A DNA stretch of 64,000 nucleotides from Armatimonadota bacterium (lineage in GTDB: Bacteria > Armatimonadota > Zipacnadia > Zipacnadales > UBA11051). The stretch lies in assembly GCA_013178155.1 (NCBI GenBank), contig JABLXH010000018.1:2702-66701 (forward strand), read 5' to 3'. The translations under genes and the position numbers were made by a program. Positions 56,147 through 64,000 of this stretch are shown here, one piece after another. The notes beneath the pieces were generated by a model. The model made no database searches. It had not been told where the DNA came from and saw only the letters and a program-made list of their open reading frames with translations. How positions within the stretch are numbered: the first letter of the stretch is position 1; every line of letters starts with the position of its first letter.

Positions 56147-57667
56147 TCACACGATCCTCCCCCTGACCCCATCGTCCTCACCCCATGCCCGCACCGCCTC
56201 ACTCACCGCACCGGCCACCGCATCAGCCACATCCTTCGAACCCCCTGGCGGATGGTCCACCTTCACGCCCCGCACCAGCTCCAGCCGCCGCAGTTCCCGC
56301 AGCAACGGCTCGTAGGCATACATCCGGAGCCGCCCGTCATACGCCAACTCCTTCAGCGTCTCGTACGCCCCCGTATCCCGATCCACCGACACCGTCGCCA
56401 CCTGCAGACCGTGGCGCCGCAGAATCTGCTGACTATCGGCACTCTGCCAGCCGTCGTAGCTCACTTGGGCAATCGGAAAGCCCCGCGCTCTGAGCGCCAG
56501 TATCAGCTCGCGAACCTGTGCCAGGTCCACCTCCCCACGCGCGGGAGCCGCGATCCGGTGCATCAGCTCCACCACCGCCACCGGCCGCCCCGCCTCGGTG
56601 ACCACCTTTGCCATCGCCACGCCGCACGCATCCCGTCGCAGCCCCAGGTCCACGTGCACATATCGGGCCTCCCGGTCGTCAGGCCGAAACCACGCTGCCA
56701 GCGCGCCCTGGCCCTCGATCGGATGCCGCCGGTGCGCCTCGCAGGCCTCCTCCAGGGGCCCTATGTCCGTGAAGTAGGGCTGAAACGCCGTCCCGGGCAG
56801 CGCCGCCAGATCTCGCTTGGCCTTCTCTGGGTTCCGACGAAACTCCGCCTCATACTCCACGGGCACCGTCAGCCCATCAAACTCAAAACGCTTTCCGCAA
56901 AACCTCCCACGAGGCTTGACCTCCCACGTTGCCCTCCGCGACCCGTAGATCGTCGGATCACTCTCCGCCTCAGCCAGCTTCCGCATGACGAAATCGTCGC
57001 AGTGCCGCGGCGAAGAGGCGATAACCATCAGCCCCTGGTCGCCAAACCTTGACCGGATCCGCCGCTGCAAGGCCAGATACACATCCTCCGCCGCCTCCCG
57101 CCGACCATCCAGGGTCTCCACGAAGAAGCTCGCCTCATCCATGGTCGCGCACAGCACGTTCAGCCCCAGCGGAAAAGTCTCACTGGAATTACCCGGCAGC
57201 ACCACCACATTCTTCGGAAAGTGCAACTCTCGCCGCACCCGCGCATCGGGCTTGTAACGCTCCCCAAACCATGGCGACCGCTGCACCAGCTCCCGCAGCT
57301 CCCCAAACACCACCTTCTCCGCCACTCGCGCCGTCGGACCCACCGTCGCCAGGACGATCTGACTCCCCTCCGCCAACCCCAACTCCCTTTGCGGCGCCCG
57401 CAGACACAGCGTCCGATACAGCCGGTAGAGTAGCGCCAGCGTGCACAGGTACGACTTCCCACTCCCAATCCCCCAGCACAGCACCGCCTCCTGGTAACGG
57501 CCCCGGAAGATCCGTCCCAGCGTCCTCAGCACCTCCGGATAGACGCTGGCCCCCACCCCCAGGTACTCCTCGTCACACACAAAACGCCGCACCGAGACCG
57601 GCCTCTCATCCCACCTCTGTCGTCCCGCCCGGGCCACCGGCGCCAGACCTTCGCCCTTCTCGTCCAT
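56147..57667 (-). CDS. terL: Terminase large subunit
   Basis: Walker A GIGSGKS, Walker B CATMDEA, motif III IASSP, nuclease YVHVDLG, SYDGWQS, DHPPGGSKDVADA. Confidence 0.88.
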   Translation of the reverse strand: MDEKGEGLAPVARAGRQRWDERPVSVRRFVCDEEYLGVGASVYPEVLRTLGRIFRGRYQEAVLCWGIGSGKSYLCTLALLYRLYRTLCLRAPQRELGLAEGSQIVLATVGPTARVAEKVVFGELRELVQRSPWFGERYKPDARVRRELHFPKNVVVLPGNSSETFPLGLNVLCATMDEASFFVETLDGRREAAEDVYLALQRRIRSRFGDQGLMVIASSPRHCDDFVMRKLAEAESDPTIYGSRRATWEVKPRGRFCGKRFEFDGLTVPVEYEAEFRRNPEKAKRDLAALPGTAFQPYFTDIGPLEEACEAHRRHPIEGQGALAAWFRPDDREARYVHVDLGLRRDACGVAMAKVVTEAGRPVAVVELMHRIAAPARGEVDLAQVRELILALRARGFPIAQVSYDGWQSADSQQILRRHGLQVATVSVDRDTGAYETLKELAYDGRLRMYAYEPLLRELRRLELVRGVKVDHPPGGSKDVADAVAGAVSEAVRAWGEDDGVRGRIV

Positions 57668-57763
57668 CTACCCCTCCCACGCCTCGCCCTGCACCAGCCT
57701 CCGCCGTTGCTCGGCAAGGGCTTGTCCCCCGCCCGCCATCGGTCCTCGCTCCCTCGCTGTTCT

Positions 57764-57854
57764 CCCCTCTCCACCCTGTGGAGAGGGGCTGGGGGTGAGG
57801 TCCAGCCCCCTGCCGTCCCCCTCTCCACCCTGCGGAGCGGGGCCGGGTGTGAGG
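57764..57854. repeat. REP-like hairpin copies 7 and 8 (tandem)
   Basis: CCCCTCTCCAC-CCT-GTGGAGAGGGG-CTGGGGGTGAGG (57764-57800) and a second copy at 57817-57854, upstream of terL. Confidence 0.85.
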
Positions 57855-57920
57855 TCTCACCATCAACCCCCATGTACTAAGCACACTCACAGACCGTTTC
57901 TCCCACTCACTCTGCTCCCG

Positions 57921-57952
57921 AAGACCAAACGGGGCGCGGTCTCCCGCGCCCC
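57921..57952 (-). terminator. Intrinsic terminator after DUF1559 gene, separating host genes from the phage-like cluster
   Basis: Minus strand GGGGCGCGG-GAGA-CCGCGCCCC followed by GTTTGGTCTT. Confidence 0.6.
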
Positions 57953-57985
57953 TCTCGGTTATCGCTTCGCCGACCCGCCGCTGGC

Positions 57986-58723
57986 TTACTCCTGCGGCCA
58001 GTCGTACCCCGGAAACTCACAATGCCCCGGACCCAGCTCGTGATGGTCCAGCCACCCCGTCGGTTTCCCCGGGCATGAGCCGGTGCCATCATTCACCCAC
58101 GGCCCCGACCCATACGCAAACCACTTGCCATGCCCATCCAGGAAAGCGAAGTTGTTACCGCCATTGTGCCGCGGCTTGACCTCATCGGGATAAAGCTGGC
58201 TCCATCCTGCCTGTCGCGGGTGCTCCGAAGCTGCATCATCCCACGTGCCCATCAGGCATGCGCCCTTCTCCAACAGAAGCAACGTGCTGGACGGATATGG
58301 CGGGTCATCCAGGTCTTGGGCGCTCACATACCGCGGCAGCGCATACCCCCGCTTCGGCCCCGTCTGCTGCACATCCGTTCCGTTCATCTGCACCGTCACC
58401 GTCTGCCCGTTGAACACGTTCATCGGACATACGAACACCTGCGTGTTCTTCACGTACGGCATGAGCTGAATGTCCCACGAGTAGCCCTGCCCGTCGGCCG
58501 GCCGCGGCCAGTGGTAGAGGTTCCAGCAGGGCACCAGGTTGTCAAAGTCACTGGCGTATAGCAGCGCCGCCGTCGCCAACTGCTTCATGTTGGAAAGGCA
58601 GTTCGCCTGCCGCGCCTTGCCCCTTGCCTGCGCGAACACGGGGAAAAGTATCGCCGCCAGGATCGCGATGATCGCGATTACCACCAGCAGCTCGATCAGC
58701 GAGAACCCATGTCTCCTGCCCAT
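57986..58723 (-). CDS. Prepilin-type N-terminal cleavage/methylation domain protein (DUF1559, H-X9-DG)
   Basis: [44 protein letters not shown]; [16 protein letters not shown]. Confidence 0.9.
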   Translation of the reverse strand: MGRRHGFSLIELLVVIAIIAILAAILFPVFAQARGKARQANCLSNMKQLATAALLYASDFDNLVPCWNLYHWPRPADGQGYSWDIQLMPYVKNTQVFVCPMNVFNGQTVTVQMNGTDVQQTGPKRGYALPRYVSAQDLDDPPYPSSTLLLLEKGACLMGTWDDAASEHPRQAGWSQLYPDEVKPRHNGGNNFAFLDGHGKWFAYGSGPWVNDGTGSCPGKPTGWLDHHELGPGHCEFPGYDWPQE

Positions 58724-58969
58724 CGCAAGCACCGACCCTCCTGGCTGACCACCTGTCCCAGGCATCGTTTCACCAGCATCAAGCGGTACGCCAACACGTA
58801 CAGGATACCCCTGCCGGCAGTGCCAGAAACGCCCCCTCCTGGTCACCCCTTTGACCCTCTGTTGCCCCATCTGGTTTCCGGGTTCCTCCGCCACCGTTGC
58901 CAGGCGTCCGTCCCCCTCACCACCTCCGCCGCCCAGCCCACGGACATCCTCACCCCGCCCCCGTCTCTC

Positions 58970-61210
58970 TCACAGGTACCCCTCCCAGGGCCTTCCGATC
59001 TCATCCATGTAGTGCAATCCCAGCCACCCTAGAATGCTCGTGACCAGCGAACCGTTGTCCTCCGTGCGCGCCCCCAACCTCCCGTCCCGCCCGGTGAACA
59101 TCACCCAGCCCGGCCGCACCGTGTAGGCCTCCGTGATCCCCTTCATCCACTCGGCGAACACCGGGTCCGGTGGCAGCGCCGTGTTGTACTCCTTCAGCTC
59201 CCAATACAGATACGGCCCCACCCAGAATTCGTTCGGAATACCGAACTTCCGGCCCCGGATCACGCAGTTGTCAGTGACATAACGGTAGGCCAGCTTCGTG
59301 GCCCTCGCCGCCGCACGCGCCTCCTCCCGGTTGCCCAGCAGGTCCTCCACGAAGTAGTGCCCCATGGTCCCCTCGCCGATATACTGGTTGCCCAGGAAGG
59401 TGTGACAGCCCCCTTCCACCACGTCCTCGCACACATAGTCAAACCATCCTCCGCGCGGCTCCATCACTGACGTTGCCCACGCCGTCGTGTCCCGGAGCGC
59501 CTGCAGCCACGTCGCCGGCACCTCCCGTCCGCACGCCGCCAGGGCGTAAGCCATGTACGAGACACCCGCCATCGCCCGGCCCGTGTACACCTCACACTGC
59601 CGCCCCTCCTGCACGTACACCGTCTGCTTGAGCGGCGCGCCATAGGACGACAGGGTGTAGTGTCGGATCACATGCTCCCAGCCGTCCTTCGGCGCTACCG
59701 AGGTGCGGATGATGAAATCGGCGGCCGCATGGCCGGCCCGCAGCAGTTTCCCGACATACGCCTCCTGTCCCGGCACGCGCCGGAAGTACAGAATCGCCCG
59801 GGCTATGGGGCGTACCCATTCGCCCACTTGGTTGCTGTCACGGCCCGACTGGCTCACACCCCCGCGCCCGCCCAGCACATCTCCGTAGTTGTCCACCAGT
59901 TCGTTGGTATACGTCCGCGCGCCCCCGTCCGGATCCTGCATGCCACGGATCATGTAGTCCAGATTGTTCCGCAGCAACCCTTCGGCATACCGCAACCTCT
60001 CGCTGTCACCCGCCCGCCGCAGCGCTTCGCAGGCAAACACCAGCCCCGTCACTCCCGCCTCCAGCCCCTCCGTGTGCTTGCCCGTGTCGCTGCAGAAACC
60101 TCGCAGCCACAGCGGATAGGTCTGCTTGTTATACGGGTCGTAGGTGTGGGGGATGTTGATACTGCTGTGGGTCGTCATCCCCCCGTAGTATCGGTCAATG
60201 ATCCAGGCCACCATCCCCAGCCGATGCGAGAGCGCCGTATAGGTCATGCTCTCGCCGGGCTTCCTTACATAGAAGTCGTCGGCTCCCACACGCCCCCCGC
60301 ACAGCGACCGCTGCCCGCGCACGATGTCGGCTGTCAGCAGGTAGTACCCCGGCGGTAGACCGGCCAGCGACGCCGCCAGCGGTATCTCGGCCTCGGTGCC
60401 CCCTGACACCGCCTGCGGCAGGGCGACCCGCTGCCGAAACAGCCGGTCCGTGAACACATTCCGCGCCGTCAGCAGCACCCCGTCACTCGTCGCCAGGGCA
60501 CAATCCGCCCCCGTCGTCAGCTTAAGCACACACGGCAGGCTTTCGGTACCCGCCTCAATCAGCCGCCATGCCTGGTCTTTCCCCGTGTAAAGTTCCGCCC
60601 GGCACTCGGCCGCCGGCAGAACAGCATCGGCCACAGCCGTCTTCTCCAGCGAGAACCCATCTACCGTAAACTGCATCTGCAGCTTGTCCGGGTACTCGTT
60701 CTCGCAGACAAACAGGTGCACCCGCGTCACCCGGTCCAGGTCCGGCACCCGCGACAGGTCAAACCGCGCCTGCACCCACTTCCCCGCGCGGAAGGGCGGA
60801 ACCAGCTCGTTGAGCGTACAGACCCCGCCGGTATGCAGAATGAAGCGAATGGGGAAGAGGCGCTTGCGGTCACTGCTATCCACTCGGATCCAGAAGCTGA
60901 CGCTGTTGTAGCCACTCCAGTCCTGCGGCGGGTCCAGCAGCACCTGACACGAGGGCCAGCCCTCCGGATACGTCGCCCCGGGTGGGCCCATCCGGTCTAT
61001 CCTCACCGTAAATCGCACCGCCCGCCGTCCCGCCCTGGCCCCCGTCGTCACCATCGCCACCGCGCCCTCAGGTCCGCCGCTGTTCTCCCATTCCGCCGTC
61101 TCTGTCAGGGCCTCAAGGTCCTTGCTCTCCAGGACCGTCACCAGCCCTTGCCCGCAAGCCCCTGCCGCCGCCAGGAGCGCTAACAGCAAGCATGTCACTG
61201 CCTTCAGCAT
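58970..61210 (-). CDS. Secreted hypothetical protein: CBM11-like N-domain plus probable (alpha/alpha)-barrel domain
   Basis: Signal peptide; DWSGYNSVSFW; LDYMIRGMQDPDGG and AADFI helical hairpin motifs. Confidence 0.55.
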   Translation of the reverse strand: MLKAVTCLLLALLAAAGACGQGLVTVLESKDLEALTETAEWENSGGPEGAVAMVTTGARAGRRAVRFTVRIDRMGPPGATYPEGWPSCQVLLDPPQDWSGYNSVSFWIRVDSSDRKRLFPIRFILHTGGVCTLNELVPPFRAGKWVQARFDLSRVPDLDRVTRVHLFVCENEYPDKLQMQFTVDGFSLEKTAVADAVLPAAECRAELYTGKDQAWRLIEAGTESLPCVLKLTTGADCALATSDGVLLTARNVFTDRLFRQRVALPQAVSGGTEAEIPLAASLAGLPPGYYLLTADIVRGQRSLCGGRVGADDFYVRKPGESMTYTALSHRLGMVAWIIDRYYGGMTTHSSINIPHTYDPYNKQTYPLWLRGFCSDTGKHTEGLEAGVTGLVFACEALRRAGDSERLRYAEGLLRNNLDYMIRGMQDPDGGARTYTNELVDNYGDVLGGRGGVSQSGRDSNQVGEWVRPIARAILYFRRVPGQEAYVGKLLRAGHAAADFIIRTSVAPKDGWEHVIRHYTLSSYGAPLKQTVYVQEGRQCEVYTGRAMAGVSYMAYALAACGREVPATWLQALRDTTAWATSVMEPRGGWFDYVCEDVVEGGCHTFLGNQYIGEGTMGHYFVEDLLGNREEARAAARATKLAYRYVTDNCVIRGRKFGIPNEFWVGPYLYWELKEYNTALPPDPVFAEWMKGITEAYTVRPGWVMFTGRDGRLGARTEDNGSLVTSILGWLGLHYMDEIGRPWEGYL

Positions 61211-61214
61211 GGCC

Positions 61215-62381
61215 CTACTGCTCTCCCGCCAGACGCTCCAACTGCCGCCGGGCGATGGGGTCATTGGGGTCTAGCTGCAGTATCTGCTGCCACACCTGTC
61301 GCGCCTCATCATACCGCCCCAGGATCTCCAGCACATGCCCCCACGCTCGCCGCTGGATCGGCGGGCTGCCCAGCCGCGCCGCCTGCGCATAGTACTTCTC
61401 CGCCAGCAGGTACCGCTTCTGCATCCGGTAGTAGTTCGCCAGCTCGTCCGCCGCGTCCCAGCTCAACGGGTTAGCCGCAATTGCCCGGCGGTAGGTGCTG
61501 ATAGCCTCCCCGTGTCGCCCCATGCTCCACTGCAGCCACCCAATGTTGCTGTACCCCTCCACGTTCTGCGGGTCAAAGACCAGCGATGCCTCCAGGCACC
61601 GGATGCACTGATCGTAGTTTCCTTTGTGCCACCACCAGTCACACTCGCTGATCAGCGCATCCGCCACCTGTCCCCACAGGTCCGCCCGGTCCGCGGGCGC
61701 ATGAGCCCGGTCCGCAACCACCTCGACCCCCTCGGCCACAGGCTCCCACGGCGCGGCCAGCGCCTGTTCCACGCAGTCTTGCAGAAACCGGGACAGGTGC
61801 GGGCGTGCGTTCTGCAACGCCTCCTCCGCCCGCCGGCCGCCCACCCGCCACAGGCCCGCCACCGCGTAGTACCGCAACCAAGCCGGTGCGTAGCCCAGTG
61901 CCACGCGGGCCGCGGGCAGGCCGCTGTCCTCTCCGAGCAGGCATAGCGACACCCCCGCCTGCATCCGGACCTCCCGGTCCGCGTCCTGCCGCAGCGTCTC
62001 CAGCGCCGGCACACCCTCGGCCATCCCCAGCAACCCCAGCAACAGCGCCGCTCGTCGCCTCTCGGTCGTCACCTTATCCCGGCTCGCGGCGACGGCCGGC
62101 TCACAGAGCGCGGCCTGGTCCTCCAGGATCGCAAGTGGCCCCCATTCGGGCCGCCCCGGCCGCTCGCCCAACTCCGCCACCCACCCGTGTTGGGCGTCAT
62201 CGGACCGCTCCTCCATGGGCGGTGGACCTTCCATCGGTGGTCGCGGCGTCGCCGCCAGACCCGGAGTGCCCGCCAGAACGACTACCATCATTCCCACATA
62301 TACCAGCACAGCCAGGCCCGTTCTCATGGTTGCAGATCCCCTGTCGGTAGTCGGCACGTGGTCCCACTCCCTTACCCGCAT
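61215..62381 (-). CDS. HEAT-repeat + TPR protein
   Basis: ALETLRQDADREVRMQA HEAT-like unit; several TPRs (YSNIGW, AWGHVL..LDPND); alternative start at 62327. Confidence 0.8.
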   Translation of the reverse strand: MRVREWDHVPTTDRGSATMRTGLAVLVYVGMMVVVLAGTPGLAATPRPPMEGPPPMEERSDDAQHGWVAELGERPGRPEWGPLAILEDQAALCEPAVAASRDKVTTERRRAALLLGLLGMAEGVPALETLRQDADREVRMQAGVSLCLLGEDSGLPAARVALGYAPAWLRYYAVAGLWRVGGRRAEEALQNARPHLSRFLQDCVEQALAAPWEPVAEGVEVVADRAHAPADRADLWGQVADALISECDWWWHKGNYDQCIRCLEASLVFDPQNVEGYSNIGWLQWSMGRHGEAISTYRRAIAANPLSWDAADELANYYRMQKRYLLAEKYYAQAARLGSPPIQRRAWGHVLEILGRYDEARQVWQQILQLDPNDPIARRQLERLAGEQ

Positions 62382-62863
62382 CAGGTCGCGTGCACCGCGC
62401 GCAGCACTAGCCCTATCCCTATCGTCAGCACCCCCACGGCGAACGCCACGAGGCCCAGAACAGCCGCCACTCGCGCCGCAGTGACGATGCCCGCTCCCTC
62501 AGCTTCCCCCGCCAAAGCGGCCTCCCGCAGGGCCAGCACAGAGAATACCGGCGCCAGGCACGGGAAGACGATCCCCATCACCCCCAGTACCAGCGCCGTC
62601 ACTCCCCGGCCCACCGCCGGCGTCACTGCCACTGATGGAGGCGGCGCGGGGGCGTCAGGGGCCGCGGGCGGCAGCATCGCTGGGGGCGGAGGGGGTGCAG
62701 CCGCCGCCAGCGGGTGCCCACACCGCCAACACCGCTCCTCGCTCGCGTAGAGCACCTCACCACATTCCCGACAGCGCACCTGCCCGTCGGGCAGCGCCTC
62801 GCCCGGGGGCGGGGGAGGGAGCGGTAGCCCGGCCTTCCTGCCATCGTCCGACTGCTCAACCAT
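62381..62863 (-). CDS. Zinc-ribbon membrane protein (DUF4190-like TM region)
   Basis: CREC...CWRC, Pro-rich linker, C-terminal TM helices. Confidence 0.7.
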   Translation of the reverse strand: MVEQSDDGRKAGLPLPPPPPGEALPDGQVRCRECGEVLYASEERCWRCGHPLAAAAPPPPPAMLPPAAPDAPAPPPSVAVTPAVGRGVTALVLGVMGIVFPCLAPVFSVLALREAALAGEAEGAGIVTAARVAAVLGLVAFAVGVLTIGIGLVLRAVHAT

Positions 62864-62889
62864 GCGGGGCTGGACCCTCTCCTAGCTGC

Positions 62890-63402
62890 TCACGAAGTCG
62901 CGAAGACTCTGAACGAGACGAACAGGGCAAGGGCGCCAACGACCAGGGCCGCCGTCGCCAGCTTGGCTTGTCCCGCCTTGTAGGCCTTGCCGACATGGTA
63001 GAGCATGACCGGGGCCGCGATGAAACCTCCCACAGGCAGCACGCACAAGAAGGCCAGGACCAGGGCGACCACGCCGGGGCTGAGTGTGCCGGGGGTCGGC
63101 TCCGGTGCAGCCGCGTCGCCCCGCTCCACCAGTGCCACAGGCTCGGCTATGGATCGCGGAACACTACCCTCCACTGCCGCCGGCCGCTCGTGACCGCACT
63201 TCCAGCACACCCTCTCCACCTGCAGGAGCGGGGTAGCGCACTTGGCGCAGCGGTACTGCCCCGCCGGCAGGTCGGAGGGGTTGCACTGCGGGCATCGGCC
63301 CCCCAACGCGGGGTCGAGGGCGCCACCACAGCGTACACAGCGCATCACCTCGCCCGGGTCCGCCTTCCTTACCCGCCTCGCTCGCGCTCGCATCGGGCGC
63401 AT
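62890..63402 (-). CDS. Double zinc-ribbon membrane protein
   Basis: CVRC, CPQC, CAKC, CWKC then TM helices; GGAGGGA RBS. Confidence 0.7.
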   Translation of the reverse strand: MRPMRARARRVRKADPGEVMRCVRCGGALDPALGGRCPQCNPSDLPAGQYRCAKCATPLLQVERVCWKCGHERPAAVEGSVPRSIAEPVALVERGDAAAPEPTPGTLSPGVVALVLAFLCVLPVGGFIAAPVMLYHVGKAYKAGQAKLATAALVVGALALFVSFRVFATS

Positions 63403-63479
63403 TTCCCTCCTCCGCGGGAGCCAACCTGCATCCAGACAGGTCCTCACGACGTTTGACGGCCGTCCCGCCGGGTATAATG

Positions 63480-63700
63480 ACAGTGCAAGCGCGAGAGTGC
63501 CGAAGCGAAGCTGTCAAAACTGAAGCCGTAAAGTCCAGAAAGGAGTGCTGGACCATAGCTGTAGCCGCAAACAATCCCACGAACTCGCCCGGCCTAACCG
63601 ACGGATGATTTTGGGGCTATAGACGGCCCTCGGGAGTTACACTCCAACATGAACTCGGGAAGGCGCCGTTCAAGAGGGCGAGTTCGCTGGTTCTGGGAGA
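63480..63700 (+). ncRNA. Candidate structured non-coding RNA (unassigned; 6S-like possibility)
   Basis: Lower-GC intergenic segment after TTGACG..TATAAT; perfect 11-bp long-range inverted repeat (63580-90 with 63676-86); GAAC...GTTCAAG element. Strand is inferred. Confidence 0.3.
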
Positions 63701-63772
63701 CCCCCGCCCGGCCGCTGCGCTGCTCCCCCTCCGACCGCTGCCTCAGCCCCCCCGGGCCTCGACCCTGACCAC

Positions 63773-64000
63773 TCATCCCTTCCGTGCGCGGATCAGATAG
63801 GTCGTGCAGCGGGCCCAGGTAGCCACCTGGTCTGATATGCTTCCCAGCAGGCGCTCCGTCAGCGAACGCGTGCGCGTCATTCCCACAATGATGGCGTCAA
63901 ACTCCCAGGCCGCCGCCAGAATGCCCTCCGCAACATCCCCGCTGCTCGCCACCCGAAAGCTTACCTCGCCCAGGAACCCGCACTGCTCTGCCACACTCCG
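63773..64000 (-). CDS. Universal stress protein domain, C-terminal part (runs off the window)
   Basis: GDVAEGIL, DAIIVG, LLGSISDQVA..ARC USP signature. Confidence 0.8.
   Translation of the reverse strand, partial: RSVAEQCGFLGEVSFRVASSGDVAEGILAAAWEFDAIIVGMTRTRSLTERLLGSISDQVATWARCTTYLIRARKG

Larger units (their letters stand above)
36964..57667 (-). mobile_element. Phage-derived head-tail gene cluster without recognisable integrase or replication genes (GTA-like/PBSX-like candidate)
   Basis: About 19 co-oriented ORFs in canonical terminase-portal-protease-capsid-neck-tail-holin order, flanked directly by host genes. Confidence 0.75.

Noticed and set aside
47246-57854. Recurring ~37-bp palindromic repeat as a CRISPR array
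   Set aside because: Copies are dispersed at gene junctions kilobases apart, at most two in tandem, degenerate, and there are no cas genes.
57526-57890. ORFs upstream of terL as a small terminase
   Set aside because: They are translations of the REP-like repeats, overlap terL out of frame and show no HTH or coiled-coil TerS features.
36900-57990. attL/attR direct repeats delimiting a prophage
   Set aside because: None seen by eye at either boundary and no integrase or tRNA nearby; short repeats would need a computational search.
63564-63608. tmRNA tag-like reading (GCA AAC ...)
   Set aside because: It does not end in an ALAA-like tag and no tRNA-like acceptor or T-arm ends are visible.

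Overview
GC-rich bacterial chromosomal window. The host is probably Armatimonadota: two prepilin/DUF1559-type genes carry the ILFPVFA(Q/R)xR signature, and there are many large secreted CAZyme-like proteins (inference). Bases 1-36.9 kb and 58-64 kb hold ordinary host genes: oxidoreductase, class IV aminotransferase, REC-GGDEF, GH127, long GreA, ribokinase, secretin, PPi-type PFK, signal peptidase I, secG, HIT protein and TPR/zinc-ribbon proteins. The main feature is a co-oriented, apparently intact ~20.7 kb phage head-tail cluster on the minus strand (36964-57667). It encodes a large terminase, a PBSX-like portal/protease/scaffold/capsid, a 1136-aa protein built partly from CAZyme-type modules, neck proteins, a tail tube, a tail chaperone with an intact -1 frameshift site, a very short tape-measure candidate, tail-tip proteins and a holin. 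I could recognise no integrase, repressor, replication gene, small terminase, sheath or endolysin, and host genes flank it directly. Eight copies of a REP-like hairpin sit at its gene junctions. Together this makes it a candidate domesticated gene-transfer-agent/PBSX-like particle system. Also noted: a GC-skew inversion across ~17-30 kb (possible terminus region) and a candidate structured ncRNA at ~63.5-63.7 kb. All family calls come from reading motifs by eye; no database searches were run.
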